DNA of 64,000 nucleotides, from the sequence record NC_061445.1. One strand, given 5' to 3'. Shown one piece after another: positions 28,111 to 37,040 of the stretch (position 1 is its first letter; every line of letters begins with the position of its first letter). Both the position numbers and the translations under genes were made by a program. The notes under the pieces are model-generated. The model did no database searches. It was not told where the DNA came from and worked only from the letters and a program-made list of their open reading frames with translations.

Positions 28111-28428
28111 ATGTCTTCATCTACTACTCTGACTTTCATCTTCCCAGAAATGACTACTCTGGAAGTTTCAATCGGTAACGGCGTTGTGCCCGCTTATCTG
28201 GGTCTCGCCGAAAACAAAGACATAACATTCAGCGATGTTAAAGCGCTGCGTCTGATGGGCGATTCAAACATCGTGGGCGCAATGAGCCGCTTCGATCAGT
28301 CGATGCTTAACATGCTGATCGCCCGTCATGAAACGCACGAGCACATTCGTTGCCGTGACGCCATTGAGCATGGCACTGAGCATTTCCCGTCTACTTGTCT
28401 CTACCTGAAAGTAGCGCACCACCGCTAA
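28111..28428 (+). CDS. Hypothetical protein
   Basis: 105 aa, SD hairpin upstream. Confidence 0.7.
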   Translation: MSSSTTLTFIFPEMTTLEVSIGNGVVPAYLGLAENKDITFSDVKALRLMGDSNIVGAMSRFDQSMLNMLIARHETHEHIRCRDAIEHGTEHFPSTCLYLKVAHHR

Positions 28429-28472
28429 GATTTGTGAAGGGCATTCGCTGAGTGTCCTTTGAAAATCAAACA
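28429..28472 (+). repeat. Intergenic hairpin repeat, copy B
   Basis: GATTTGTG-AAGGGCATTC-GCT-GAGTGTCCTT-TGAAAATC. Confidence 0.75.
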
Positions 28473-28491
28473 CTGTTCTGAGGAGAACAAC

Positions 28492-28845
28492 ATGCACAAC
28501 ATCGAACTGCCTGTAGACGCTCGCCACTTTGACGATCTGACCAACGCAGAGTTCCTGCAAGTGTGTCGCGCTCTGTCTACTGTCACTGGTCGTGAAGACC
28601 TTGAGTTTCGTTCGCATCTGATGAGTCGCTTCATCGACATTGCGTATCGCTCTGGCGACACTAACACGTTCGGTATCAGTAAGTGCCGTGTGCTAATGCC
28701 GTCAGAAGTCCAACGTGAGGATATCGTTGAAGACTTCGAGATCCATCACGGCGATGCAGTCATCTCTATCGAACGCCAGCGCGATACAGAGACAACGCTG
28801 CAACGTATCGCAGGTGCCATTGAAGCCTGTTTACCAAGAGAGTGA
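28492..28845 (+). CDS. Hypothetical protein
   Basis: ATG 28492 after SD hairpin. Confidence 0.7.
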   Translation: MHNIELPVDARHFDDLTNAEFLQVCRALSTVTGREDLEFRSHLMSRFIDIAYRSGDTNTFGISKCRVLMPSEVQREDIVEDFEIHHGDAVISIERQRDTETTLQRIAGAIEACLPRE

Positions 28846-28916
28846 TTGTTGCTCGCAGATTCTTACGAGAGTCTGCTGTCAACATAACCCAAAATACCTA
28901 AGCTGAGGAGCTTAAC

Positions 28917-29327
28917 ATGAAACAATTCCCACGTCGCGGCGAAACGTACACGCTGAAACAAATCGAAACTGAACTGGACCTGCGTGACGCACCGTTCCTG
29001 CGTTTCATCCCGCAGAAAGTGCGTTATGAGCATGAGAGTGCAGCGGGCATTCAGGTTATTCAGTCTGCGAATGTCGTTGACCTGCACCACCTTGAAGGCT
29101 GGGCAGACACTGAGTGGGTATTCGTTCGTGAGACCGAAGAGTGGATTCCACTGTTCCGTGCGAAAGACGATGCCGCGATTGAGGCGCTCTGTGTTATCGA
29201 GCCTTCTACCGATTACAGTAGTCGTATTGATGGCGGTATGCACATCTACCCGAAAGGTACTGAGCATCGTCAATACGAACCGTATGACGAGAAGCTGCAT
29301 GGCGATCTGCTGGTGGCAGTAAAATAA
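28917..29327 (+). CDS. Hypothetical protein
   Basis: 136 aa, SD hairpin upstream. Confidence 0.7.
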   Translation: MKQFPRRGETYTLKQIETELDLRDAPFLRFIPQKVRYEHESAAGIQVIQSANVVDLHHLEGWADTEWVFVRETEEWIPLFRAKDDAAIEALCVIEPSTDYSSRIDGGMHIYPKGTEHRQYEPYDEKLHGDLLVAVK

Positions 29328-29334
29328 ATAACAG

Positions 29335-29366
29335 GGATGCTCGCATAGGCGGGTGTCCCATTTTAC
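29335..29366 (+). terminator. Intrinsic terminator
   Basis: GGGATGCTCGC...GCGGGTGTCCC followed by ATTTT. Confidence 0.6.
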
Positions 29367-29411
29367 ATTCGGGTCGTTTACTCGAATAACTTAACTTGAA
29401 GGGAAATAAAA

Positions 29412-29933
29412 ATGCTGGATAAAATCACCCACATCGTTCACACAATGATGACCTCTCTTAAAGACATTCGCAACGTGCAGGAAGTTCGCTTCATCGGTAA
29501 CGAAGCTGTGCGTTTTCGTTTGCATGACAGAACGTTTGACGTGCGCGGCAACTACCCGTTGTTCTCTGTGCATGAGATCGAAGGGTCTTGCATGTGTGGT
29601 TCGAAAGCTGCCCGTGATGTTGAAGCGCAGATGAATAGCGGTGGCGTAGACGGCGAAGAAGACTTCGGACATAACTCTAGCGACGAAGCGCTCAACGATC
29701 TGCTGTGTGCTCACGTTGAGTCTATGGAAGAAGAAGCTGTGCGTCGATACAATGAAGAATGCGGTGGCCCTGACTTAGACCCTATTAACAGTCAGCGCAC
29801 TTGGTTGAAGACGCACTTCCTGCACATCGGGCACAACACGCCTGACCTTCTCGAAACAGTATTGATGATGGAGGGCAGAGAGCGCCGTGACGAATTGGCA
29901 AACGCCGTTAAGGAGAAGATATGGTCAGATTGA
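29412..29933 (+). CDS. Hypothetical protein
   Basis: 173-aa ORF. Confidence 0.7.
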   Translation: MLDKITHIVHTMMTSLKDIRNVQEVRFIGNEAVRFRLHDRTFDVRGNYPLFSVHEIEGSCMCGSKAARDVEAQMNSGGVDGEEDFGHNSSDEALNDLLCAHVESMEEEAVRRYNEECGGPDLDPINSQRTWLKTHFLHIGHNTPDLLETVLMMEGRERRDELANAVKEKIWSD

Positions 29934-30211
29934 TCATAGGCCTCATTCGTGACTGGCGCAAGCAGAAGCAACTCGAATTTAAGACTGAGGTGCTTGAGGC
30001 AATAATGATGTTAGACCTGCGTGACAAACAACTGCTGTGTCGTGCGTTCGGTCTGCCTGTTGATATGAATGGCCTTCATGCTATCGCAAGCATGAGCCGT
30101 AAAGAGTTAGCGAAACAGTGTGCGCAGTATTACGTGCGTTTCGCCGATAAGAAGTGGAAAGTGTTACCTGCTTTCCGCGATGTGCTGTACAACATCCGAA
30201 GAGGAAAATAA
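29921..30211 (+). CDS. Hypothetical protein
   Basis: ORF with AGGAG RBS. Confidence 0.65.
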   Translation: MVRLIIGLIRDWRKQKQLEFKTEVLEAIMMLDLRDKQLLCRAFGLPVDMNGLHAIASMSRKELAKQCAQYYVRFADKKWKVLPAFRDVLYNIRRGK

Positions 30212-30214
30212 GTA

Positions 30215-30652
30215 ATGAGCGAAATAGATATTCTGATCCGAGAGTTCGAGCGGGCGTATCTCAAGTCACTTGCATCTGTCTGGGGAAACGTTGCCTATCA
30301 TGCTGGCGATTATAACCCTGAGCTGAAAAACATTCGCATGTACTTGCGCTTTCGCACTCAACAACAATGTTTGTGGAATCGTCCTGTTCTGGTACTCTCT
30401 ACTATCGACGTCACCAATCCGGGCCAAGGCGAGTTCTCGAAGTTACTCGCACGTACCAAAGAGATGTGTCGTCAACGTGACTGGATTCTGCAAATCGAAA
30501 ACGTACTGACGCCTAAGTTCAGGAAGTTTCTTCAACGTGGTGGATTCAAACCTTTCGGTATTGATGCAGAAGTGTCGTACGGAAGTTTGTATTGGTTCCA
30601 CGACGAAACAATCCCGCAGCAATGCGCGATGTACCCGGAGATTAGACGATGA
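30215..30652 (+). CDS. Possible GNAT-fold acetyltransferase-like protein
   Basis: LSTIDV.NPGQGEFSKLL...IENV...KFLQRGGFKP resembles GNAT motifs A/B. Confidence 0.45.
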   Translation: MSEIDILIREFERAYLKSLASVWGNVAYHAGDYNPELKNIRMYLRFRTQQQCLWNRPVLVLSTIDVTNPGQGEFSKLLARTKEMCRQRDWILQIENVLTPKFRKFLQRGGFKPFGIDAEVSYGSLYWFHDETIPQQCAMYPEIRR

Positions 30653-31095
30653 CTATTTGGTGGCCTACAATAATAATCTGCTTCGTGCTGCCCATGTCTG
30701 CTTGCTATGCGACTATCCCGTGGTTTCGTGCTGCTGTTAATCGCAGACTGACGTTCAAGCCGTTTGACTATGACGCGCTCACTCAAATCTTCGAGCGTGG
30801 TCTGCCTGAGCGTTTGACTATTGAGTGTCTGCAAGCAACGTACAAGGGCAACACACCAGAGCATTTGTTCGTTGATATTTATCCGCACAAAGAGAACGTT
30901 GCTGCTGTTCGCTTTCGTGTGGACGAAGACTTTCCCATAGCGCATATCTTTCACAATGCGCTGGTGGGTAACTATAGTGCGCTGTGCATTCGTAGCAAGA
31001 AGCCGCCTGTGTTGAGTATCAACCAGTCTGTGTATCGTGTGATCGAATACGAATATGATAGCCAGTACCTGTTGATCTACCTCAAACACGAGTAA
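30649..31095 (+). CDS. Hypothetical protein with N-terminal hydrophobic segment
   Basis: IWWPTIIICFVLPMSACYA. Confidence 0.6.
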   Translation: MTIWWPTIIICFVLPMSACYATIPWFRAAVNRRLTFKPFDYDALTQIFERGLPERLTIECLQATYKGNTPEHLFVDIYPHKENVAAVRFRVDEDFPIAHIFHNALVGNYSALCIRSKKPPVLSINQSVYRVIEYEYDSQYLLIYLKHE

Positions 31096-31101
31096 ACAAT
31101 C

Positions 31102-31401
31102 ATGGTCACTCAACAACAACTCAAAGAGTTCTCGGCGTTACCTTCTTTACAACGGAAAGTGTTTCTTCGAAGTCTTCAGGTAGAGATGTTGAGTGGCCTA
31201 CCCGAAGTAGAACCGATAGTACGTGAGATGCTATGTCGCGCTATCGTGGTTGATATTGCTCAGGCTGAACTGGCATTACTTGCCGCTCGTCAAATGTGCG
31301 AGAACAAGGACGTTAAGAAAGCCATTGATGAATTGCTTCAATTCGCTGCGCGTCTGCATGACGCCGCATCTGATACTTTATTCTTAGGAGATACCGCATG
31401 A
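31102..31401 (+). CDS. Hypothetical protein
   Basis: 99-aa ORF. Confidence 0.6.
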   Translation: MVTQQQLKEFSALPSLQRKVFLRSLQVEMLSGLPEVEPIVREMLCRAIVVDIAQAELALLAARQMCENKDVKKAIDELLQFAARLHDAASDTLFLGDTA

Positions 31402-32447
31402 ATACGATTTCTGGCGCAATGATTGATGAAGATGTTCTGGAGTGGCTGGACGATTTTAATGGTCACAAGATTCGTGAGATGTGCGAAGCGATCAATCAGC
31501 TTGCGTATGCGCATCGCACCGAGCTGTCTATCCCGAACATGGGTAGTGATGAAGATCTGGCTGCGCTGTCTCATGCTGACCTGTTCACTATTCTGTCTCT
31601 CGCTTGCCCTGACGCGAAGTATGACCTGATGTTGTCTAACGTGCAACTGCTTGGTCTTGCGCTTGCTGCCAAAGGCGTTATCGACTATCACCTGCCTGAA
31701 TTGAATAGCCCGATTCTGGCAAAGCGTGAGTTCGTAGACAAGCACCGTAAAAACATTATCGGTGGCATAAGCACTCGTGGTCAGATTGTTGCTGCACTCA
31801 ACGAATGGGTATGCGGTCTGCGTGACCTTGAGATTGTACATGCTGGTTCTGACGTACCGCCTGATATTGCCGGTATGTATCTGTGTCTCGACGAGCATGA
31901 ACAAGTTCGCTACGGTCGCTTGTTCCCTAACGGCAGTCAGGGTTGGACGTTCTGCGAGTCGTATGCTGACGGCGGCTCTACTGGTTGGTATAGCGGTGAT
32001 ACGGATCACATGAGCGATGACGATCTGCCTATGTCGCTGCTGACCGGCTGGGTACTCATTGCAGAGTGGCATAGCCCATCGCGTGAAGTGAAAGACAACG
32101 TTGTACCTATTGGCCTGAGTGACACGCATCGCATCTTTATGTTCCTGCGCAGTCTCAGCCCTCACGTGAAAGCAGAGCTGGTGGCACACTTCGAAGGTGT
32201 GCTTGACTATAAATCGCCTACCTCCGTTGACACTATCGGTCGCTTGACTACACACGACTGGCGTATGGCTGCTGTCGCTGTTGCTGATGACAGCGAGATC
32301 CCTGATGGTGCGACAAGCTGGACTAACGTACCTGCCTGGACGTGTTTCGTCGCAGTTGCTAAAGCACTTGGCTTCAACTTCGAAACCCGCCAGTTCGACC
32401 CGCAGTTCGAGTATCAGGCTAATGACGATCATTTAGAAGGAGAGTAA
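31398..32447 (+). CDS. Hypothetical protein
   Basis: 349-aa ORF with AGGAG RBS. Confidence 0.7.
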   Translation: MNTISGAMIDEDVLEWLDDFNGHKIREMCEAINQLAYAHRTELSIPNMGSDEDLAALSHADLFTILSLACPDAKYDLMLSNVQLLGLALAAKGVIDYHLPELNSPILAKREFVDKHRKNIIGGISTRGQIVAALNEWVCGLRDLEIVHAGSDVPPDIAGMYLCLDEHEQVRYGRLFPNGSQGWTFCESYADGGSTGWYSGDTDHMSDDDLPMSLLTGWVLIAEWHSPSREVKDNVVPIGLSDTHRIFMFLRSLSPHVKAELVAHFEGVLDYKSPTSVDTIGRLTTHDWRMAAVAVADDSEIPDGATSWTNVPAWTCFVAVAKALGFNFETRQFDPQFEYQANDDHLEGE

Positions 32448-32448
32448 C

Positions 32449-32982
32449 ATGGCAAAGTCACTGGGTGTATACATGACGTACATTCTGCGTCATAAACCTC
32501 AGGACATTGGCATCGCAATGGACACCCAAGGCTGGGTGTCTGTTTTGGATTTCTTGCAGAAAGCGAAGTACAAAAAGCAAGTGACCAGAGAGATGCTGAT
32601 CGAAGAAGTAGAAGCGGACGATAAAGGTCGTTTTGAGTTTAACTCGAACAAGTCCAAGATTCGTTGTGTTCAAGGTCATTCTGTTGAGCACGTCATTCTC
32701 AATCTCGAACCGTGGACTGATTGTTCGCCTCTGTATCATGGCACCGCAGAGAAGAATGTCGCTGCTATCCAGCATGAAGGTATTCTCCGACGTAAACGCA
32801 AGCACGTCCATATCAGCAACGATATCGAAACAGCTCGACGTGTTGGCCAACGCCACGGTGTACCTGTTGTGTTTCAAATCGACACTCAGGCAATGATCAC
32901 TCACGGCTATAAGTTCTACCGCGCAGAGAACGGCGTAATCTTAACTGAGTATGTACCGTCGCGCTATATCAGATTGGTGTGA
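32449..32982 (+). CDS. kptA: RNA 2'-phosphotransferase (KptA/Tpt1 family)
   Basis: YILRH, KGRFE, IRCVQGHS, LYHGT, RKHVHIS and ENGVILTEYVP motifs. Confidence 0.9.
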   Translation: MAKSLGVYMTYILRHKPQDIGIAMDTQGWVSVLDFLQKAKYKKQVTREMLIEEVEADDKGRFEFNSNKSKIRCVQGHSVEHVILNLEPWTDCSPLYHGTAEKNVAAIQHEGILRRKRKHVHISNDIETARRVGQRHGVPVVFQIDTQAMITHGYKFYRAENGVILTEYVPSRYIRLV

Positions 32983-33383
32983 GTATGGATAAAACGTACA
33001 TGCGACATTGGGGATCACGTTACGTGAGGTCCTCATCTGGCAAGTGGTATTCAGTTCATGGACGTGAAGGAACGTGGGTAACGAATCGCTACGGCACATC
33101 ATTCTATCGTAGCGGGTCAGAAGTGTGGCGAGACATATCAGCCGCAGATCGTAGTGCGTTGGAACGAGAGTTAGTTTCCCGTACACGCAAAGACTTCAAA
33201 GACACTAAGCTCAAGTATAGCCACTGGGGCAAGATCGTCCTGACTATTGCGAGACAGTCAGAAGAAGAAAACAACCCACACACGTCAGAGCTAGCTGAGA
33301 TGCTTGAGTCGCTGAGACAGACTTTCTACGGACAGAAGGTACAGCAACTAAGCACAATATTGGACGAAATAGGGCTTAAATAG
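32979..33383 (+). CDS. Hypothetical protein
   Basis: 134-aa ORF; 3' end overlaps promoter copy 4. Confidence 0.6.
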   Translation: MSMDKTYMRHWGSRYVRSSSGKWYSVHGREGTWVTNRYGTSFYRSGSEVWRDISAADRSALERELVSRTRKDFKDTKLKYSHWGKIVLTIARQSEEENNPHTSELAEMLESLRQTFYGQKVQQLSTILDEIGLK

Positions 33384-33432
33384 TAGGCTCGTTTGTGATA
33401 CAATAGAGATGAACGCTAGACACTCGTTTAGC
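33352..33432 (+). promoter_or_regulatory. Composite early promoter element, copy 4 (variant box)
   Basis: TTGGACGAAAT 33360; TG-a-TACAAT 33399, 39 nt spacing. Confidence 0.6.
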
Positions 33433-33453
33433 TACTTACATGAGGATATGTAT

Positions 33454-33777
33454 ATGAAAAAGAAAACTGCTGTTCAACCTACAATCGAAGGTCGTGTCTT
33501 TACTCTTTTCAGTACCGAACAATTTCCGCCTGAATCAACTACCCCTTTTGCTGATCGTGATACATTTCTTCCTCAGCTTCGCCGAGTTCAGGAAGCTGCT
33601 CGACTGGAACGTATTCGCGGTATGTCCTGCTGTCCGTACTGTGGTGAAATGATGATGCTTGGCGAATACACCAAAGACAACTGGCTGTGGTCGTATTCTT
33701 ACCAGCACATGATCGAACACCACAACGTAGAGCCGTCCGCAGAATTTATTGCTTACGTCGAAACTACTTCCAAATAA
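33454..33777 (+). CDS. Hypothetical protein with RGMSCCPYC...W...HMIEHH motif
   Basis: ATG 33454 after GAGG. Confidence 0.7.
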   Translation: MKKKTAVQPTIEGRVFTLFSTEQFPPESTTPFADRDTFLPQLRRVQEAARLERIRGMSCCPYCGEMMMLGEYTKDNWLWSYSYQHMIEHHNVEPSAEFIAYVETTSK

Positions 33778-33804
33778 ACTGAACTTTACCTGAGGATATG
33801 TATC

Positions 33805-35262
33805 ATGAAAAAGATTAAATACACTTTTCGCCTGACTGACCTTGTTCGCATTGCTGAGAAACTCCCTGCTGCATTGAAGGGTTTTAAGGGTGCAGGCGAA
33901 GAAGCAATTGTTATTGCGCGTCACGCCGAAACTGATGAGTACGGCGTTCACATCAAGCATATCGGTACCGTTTCGTGGTTCCCCGCGAAGTGCTTAACTC
34001 TGATCTCTCACAATAACGGTGAACTGCTTGATCAGTGGGAAGCAGGTGATTACGGTCGCGATAAGAAGAAGAAGAAACGCAAGATGCCCGAAGCGCTGCG
34101 TAACTTCACTGCTATTCTGCCTGTAACGTGTAACGCTGATTGCTCGTTCTGCCCAGAGAAAGAGATGGAGCAGAAAGCTACCCAGCAGGAATGGCAAGAC
34201 GGTTTGATTGCTGCGATCAATCGCATGTACAAGAAAACGAAGTTCGACCACGTATCAATCTCTGGTGGCGAACCTACACTGCGCACGAAGTTCTTGTTTG
34301 AGACTATCGACCGCATTCAGAAAGAAACGCCTATCAAGAAAGTGGGCTTGACGTCTAACGGCTTCTTCCTTGAAAAGCAAAACAGCACGTTCGACTTCTT
34401 AGACCGCAACACTACGCCTGAGATGACGAGCAAGCTGTCGCATCTGAATATCAGTATGCACTCGTTCGATCGTGATCTCGCAAACAAGATCATGGGCGTG
34501 AACTACAAACAGACTCTGGAAGATCTTGTGCGCTTCCGCCGTCAACTTGGTCGTGAGGTTAGCTTCCACATTAACTTCGTGATCAATGACAAGACTGGCT
34601 CAATCACCGAAGAGTTCAAACGCGCCCTCAACTTTATGCGAGCGAACCCGTTCATCGACATTGTGTTCCGTGTTGACTACAACGATGTTGAACTGTCCAG
34701 AGCGCTGCGCAAATATGCTCTGGACTATGCAGAGTGGGAAGAAGAAAGCCGTATCGCCGCCGCCGCTCGTAAGAAATGTAGGATGAAGGAACCGAAAGCA
34801 CCTCATATCGTTCAGAAGTTTGATCGTTTCTTTGGAGGCAGCACTAACGATGAAGCTGAGAGTGCATGGACTACAGGCTGCCCATCATGCTTCACCCATG
34901 CGTCTAACATCGTCAATAACAGTCGCGCATTCTTGAAAGCGTCTTCATACGAACCGAACGACGACGAAGAAGAATACACTGAGCTGGTCTATCACATGGA
35001 CGGCGCTCTGTATTGGGACTGGACTCGTAATGACCCTGTACCAGAACCACGCAGCAAACGTTTCGACTTCGAAATGAAAGAAGAAGCTGTCGCTCAGCCG
35101 AAAGCTGTTAAGAAAGCTAAGAAGGCCAAGCCTGTGGCTATGACCAGCAAGCAGAAGAAAGAAGTTGAGCGTGAGTCTGGTGTTGATAGCTGCAACTATT
35201 CATCTCGCTGTGGTTTTGTTGGCGGTAACGGTCGCTGTGGCTTCGGCAGCGGTCTGTGCTAA
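33805..35262 (+). CDS. Radical SAM enzyme with N-terminal extra domain and Cys/Gly-rich C-terminal tail
   Basis: CNADCSFC (CxxxCxxC), ISGGEPTL, LTSNG, NISMHS. Confidence 0.85.
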   Translation: MKKIKYTFRLTDLVRIAEKLPAALKGFKGAGEEAIVIARHAETDEYGVHIKHIGTVSWFPAKCLTLISHNNGELLDQWEAGDYGRDKKKKKRKMPEALRNFTAILPVTCNADCSFCPEKEMEQKATQQEWQDGLIAAINRMYKKTKFDHVSISGGEPTLRTKFLFETIDRIQKETPIKKVGLTSNGFFLEKQNSTFDFLDRNTTPEMTSKLSHLNISMHSFDRDLANKIMGVNYKQTLEDLVRFRRQLGREVSFHINFVINDKTGSITEEFKRALNFMRANPFIDIVFRVDYNDVELSRALRKYALDYAEWEEESRIAAAARKKCRMKEPKAPHIVQKFDRFFGGSTNDEAESAWTTGCPSCFTHASNIVNNSRAFLKASSYEPNDDEEEYTELVYHMDGALYWDWTRNDPVPEPRSKRFDFEMKEEAVAQPKAVKKAKKAKPVAMTSKQKKEVERESGVDSCNYSSRCGFVGGNGRCGFGSGLC

Positions 35263-35272
35263 GGACAATCAA

Positions 35273-35632
35273 ATGAAACAACGTACCTTCTATTATGACA
35301 GCCCGTTCTATTACGGGCTTATCGTGTGGCGCAAGCGTCTGCGCAATGTTGTGCTGATGCTATGCGCAATACTCATCATTCACGGCTGGCATGTGCCTGT
35401 AGTTGAAAACATGTGGGCATGGACTGGCATTATCTTCGGTATCTTGTTTCTCGTTTGCTACATTAAGATGTGGGAATACGAGCGCATGATTCTCGAAGCG
35501 TGTGGTCCGCTAGATACGCACACTGTTATCGGTGTGTTGAACTTCGAAAGTTTAGAGCGCAAACATGCTGTCTGGTACGAAAAGAAGTTCGGACACAAGC
35601 CACCTAAAACTAACTCATGGAGTATCGACTAA
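35273..35632 (+). CDS. Membrane protein with 2 predicted TM segments
   Basis: VVLMLCAILII and WTGIIFGILFLVCYI. Confidence 0.65.
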   Translation: MKQRTFYYDSPFYYGLIVWRKRLRNVVLMLCAILIIHGWHVPVVENMWAWTGIIFGILFLVCYIKMWEYERMILEACGPLDTHTVIGVLNFESLERKHAVWYEKKFGHKPPKTNSWSID

Positions 35633-36054
35633 TGCCTCGCATGTTTACTGAGACTCATCGCAATAAGTATTTCCGTGATCGTAATCATCCTGGGTATCAC
35701 GGTGACGTGTGCGAGCAAATCCATGTTGAGGGTATGGAAACGCTAAAAGACCTGAAATACTATCAGACAGCAATTTCGATGCTGCGCCGTAGTACACCTA
35801 AACGTACCAGTGAATACAGCCACGACATTCTGTATCTGCGTACTCACTTTAAAGAAGCTGCTGCGCGTATGAAGTCGCTACGCATTGCATATACCGAAGA
35901 GCATTGTCGCAGACACGGTGAGCGTATGCGCCTCGAAGTGAAAGACGCTGACGGCAATCGTGTTGATTTGTTCGTGACGTATGACGCGGCCAAATACTGC
36001 AAACTGCGTTCCGGTCTCGGCGCAACTATCGAACGTTACGAGGAAAAGAAATGA
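35617..36054 (+). CDS. Hypothetical protein
   Basis: 145-aa ORF. Confidence 0.6.
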   Translation: MEYRLMPRMFTETHRNKYFRDRNHPGYHGDVCEQIHVEGMETLKDLKYYQTAISMLRRSTPKRTSEYSHDILYLRTHFKEAAARMKSLRIAYTEEHCRRHGERMRLEVKDADGNRVDLFVTYDAAKYCKLRSGLGATIERYEEKK

Positions 36055-36767
36055 TGCCGAAAATATTCACGCTGAAACATTCAGGCGCTGACGTTATCAT
36101 GCCTGTGATCTTGTTCGAATTGAACAAGCAAATGAAAGCTGGTGCAGTAGTCGACCTGGCCGAAGCGTACTCACTGCTGAATGACACGCAAGCTGTTTAC
36201 CTGACGTTAGCAAGCGCCGACAATGATGCGTATTACAAACAGCTTGAGCCTACGATTCGTTCGTTGCTTGCTAAGTACGGGCTACAGTGGATTCTCATTG
36301 AGAACGATCTGTCTCGATACTGTGAACGTTACGCAGAACTCAAAGGCTTCAAACGTGTAGACGAGAACGTATGGTCACACGCTACAGGCGAAGTTGAGAT
36401 CGATAACTATGACCGCATCATGCTTCGCGCTCTGCTGGAAGAATGCAGCGCTACACGGTTTCTCGAAAGTGTCGATGAACTTGTCGAAGAACAGGCGGCA
36501 GTAGATGAGATTGACCACAAACTCGATCTCATTGAAGACGGCAAGTGTTCCGAATGCGGCGCAGAGCGTGACCCTGATGTAGACGATGAATATATGTGTC
36601 TGTCGTGTCGCTTAGCCGCAGAGGATGAAGAACGTGCGGAAGAAACATACGACTATCATCTGGTTGACCCTCGAATGCGCGTTCGTTTCAAAACAAACGA
36701 TTTTGAAGCTGCTGAAAAGTATGCTGAGTCGCATCGAGAGTGTAAAGTGTTGTACGTAGGGGAATAA
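36051..36767 (+). CDS. Hypothetical protein with zinc ribbon (CSEC...CLSC)
   Basis: 238-aa ORF. Confidence 0.65.
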   Translation: MMPKIFTLKHSGADVIMPVILFELNKQMKAGAVVDLAEAYSLLNDTQAVYLTLASADNDAYYKQLEPTIRSLLAKYGLQWILIENDLSRYCERYAELKGFKRVDENVWSHATGEVEIDNYDRIMLRALLEECSATRFLESVDELVEEQAAVDEIDHKLDLIEDGKCSECGAERDPDVDDEYMCLSCRLAAEDEERAEETYDYHLVDPRMRVRFKTNDFEAAEKYAESHRECKVLYVGE

Positions 36768-36771
36768 CAAA

Positions 36772-37035
36772 ATGGCTGTAGGCTTTGTCAAAGATGATGG
36801 CGTCAACGATACCATCGAAACAAACGTGCTGAATGAGATCGACCGCGCTCGTTCAGAACTTCAAGGCGCAGGTTCTGATTACTGCGTCAACCCTGATTGC
36901 GGTGAGAAGATTCCTGTGATGCGTAAACTCGCTATGCCCAATGCGCGTTACTGCATCAACTGTCAGGCAGCGCACGACGGCACTGCTAACGTCGGCTATA
37001 ATCGCCGTGGCTCAAAAGATTCTCAACTGAGGTAG
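36772..37035 (+). CDS. DksA/TraR family C4 zinc-finger protein
   Basis: C..PDCGEKIP..RKLAMP.ARYCINCQ pattern, with N-terminal D...D acidic helix. Confidence 0.85.
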   Translation: MAVGFVKDDGVNDTIETNVLNEIDRARSELQGAGSDYCVNPDCGEKIPVMRKLAMPNARYCINCQAAHDGTANVGYNRRGSKDSQLR

Positions 37036-37040
37036 TTATT

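Noticed and set aside
28040-28916. Mini CRISPR array or integron attC sites
   Set aside because: Spacers are whole genes of 300-400 nt, repeats are divergent, and there is no attC RYYYAAC/GTTRRRY core or integrase.
31338-32432. 364-aa - strand ORF
   Set aside because: Fully antisense to ORF 31398, no motif or RBS.
33805-35262. Viperin, QueE or NrdG assignment for the radical SAM protein
   Set aside because: Only the generic CxxxCxxC and GGEP motifs are visible; family-specific residues could not be confirmed.
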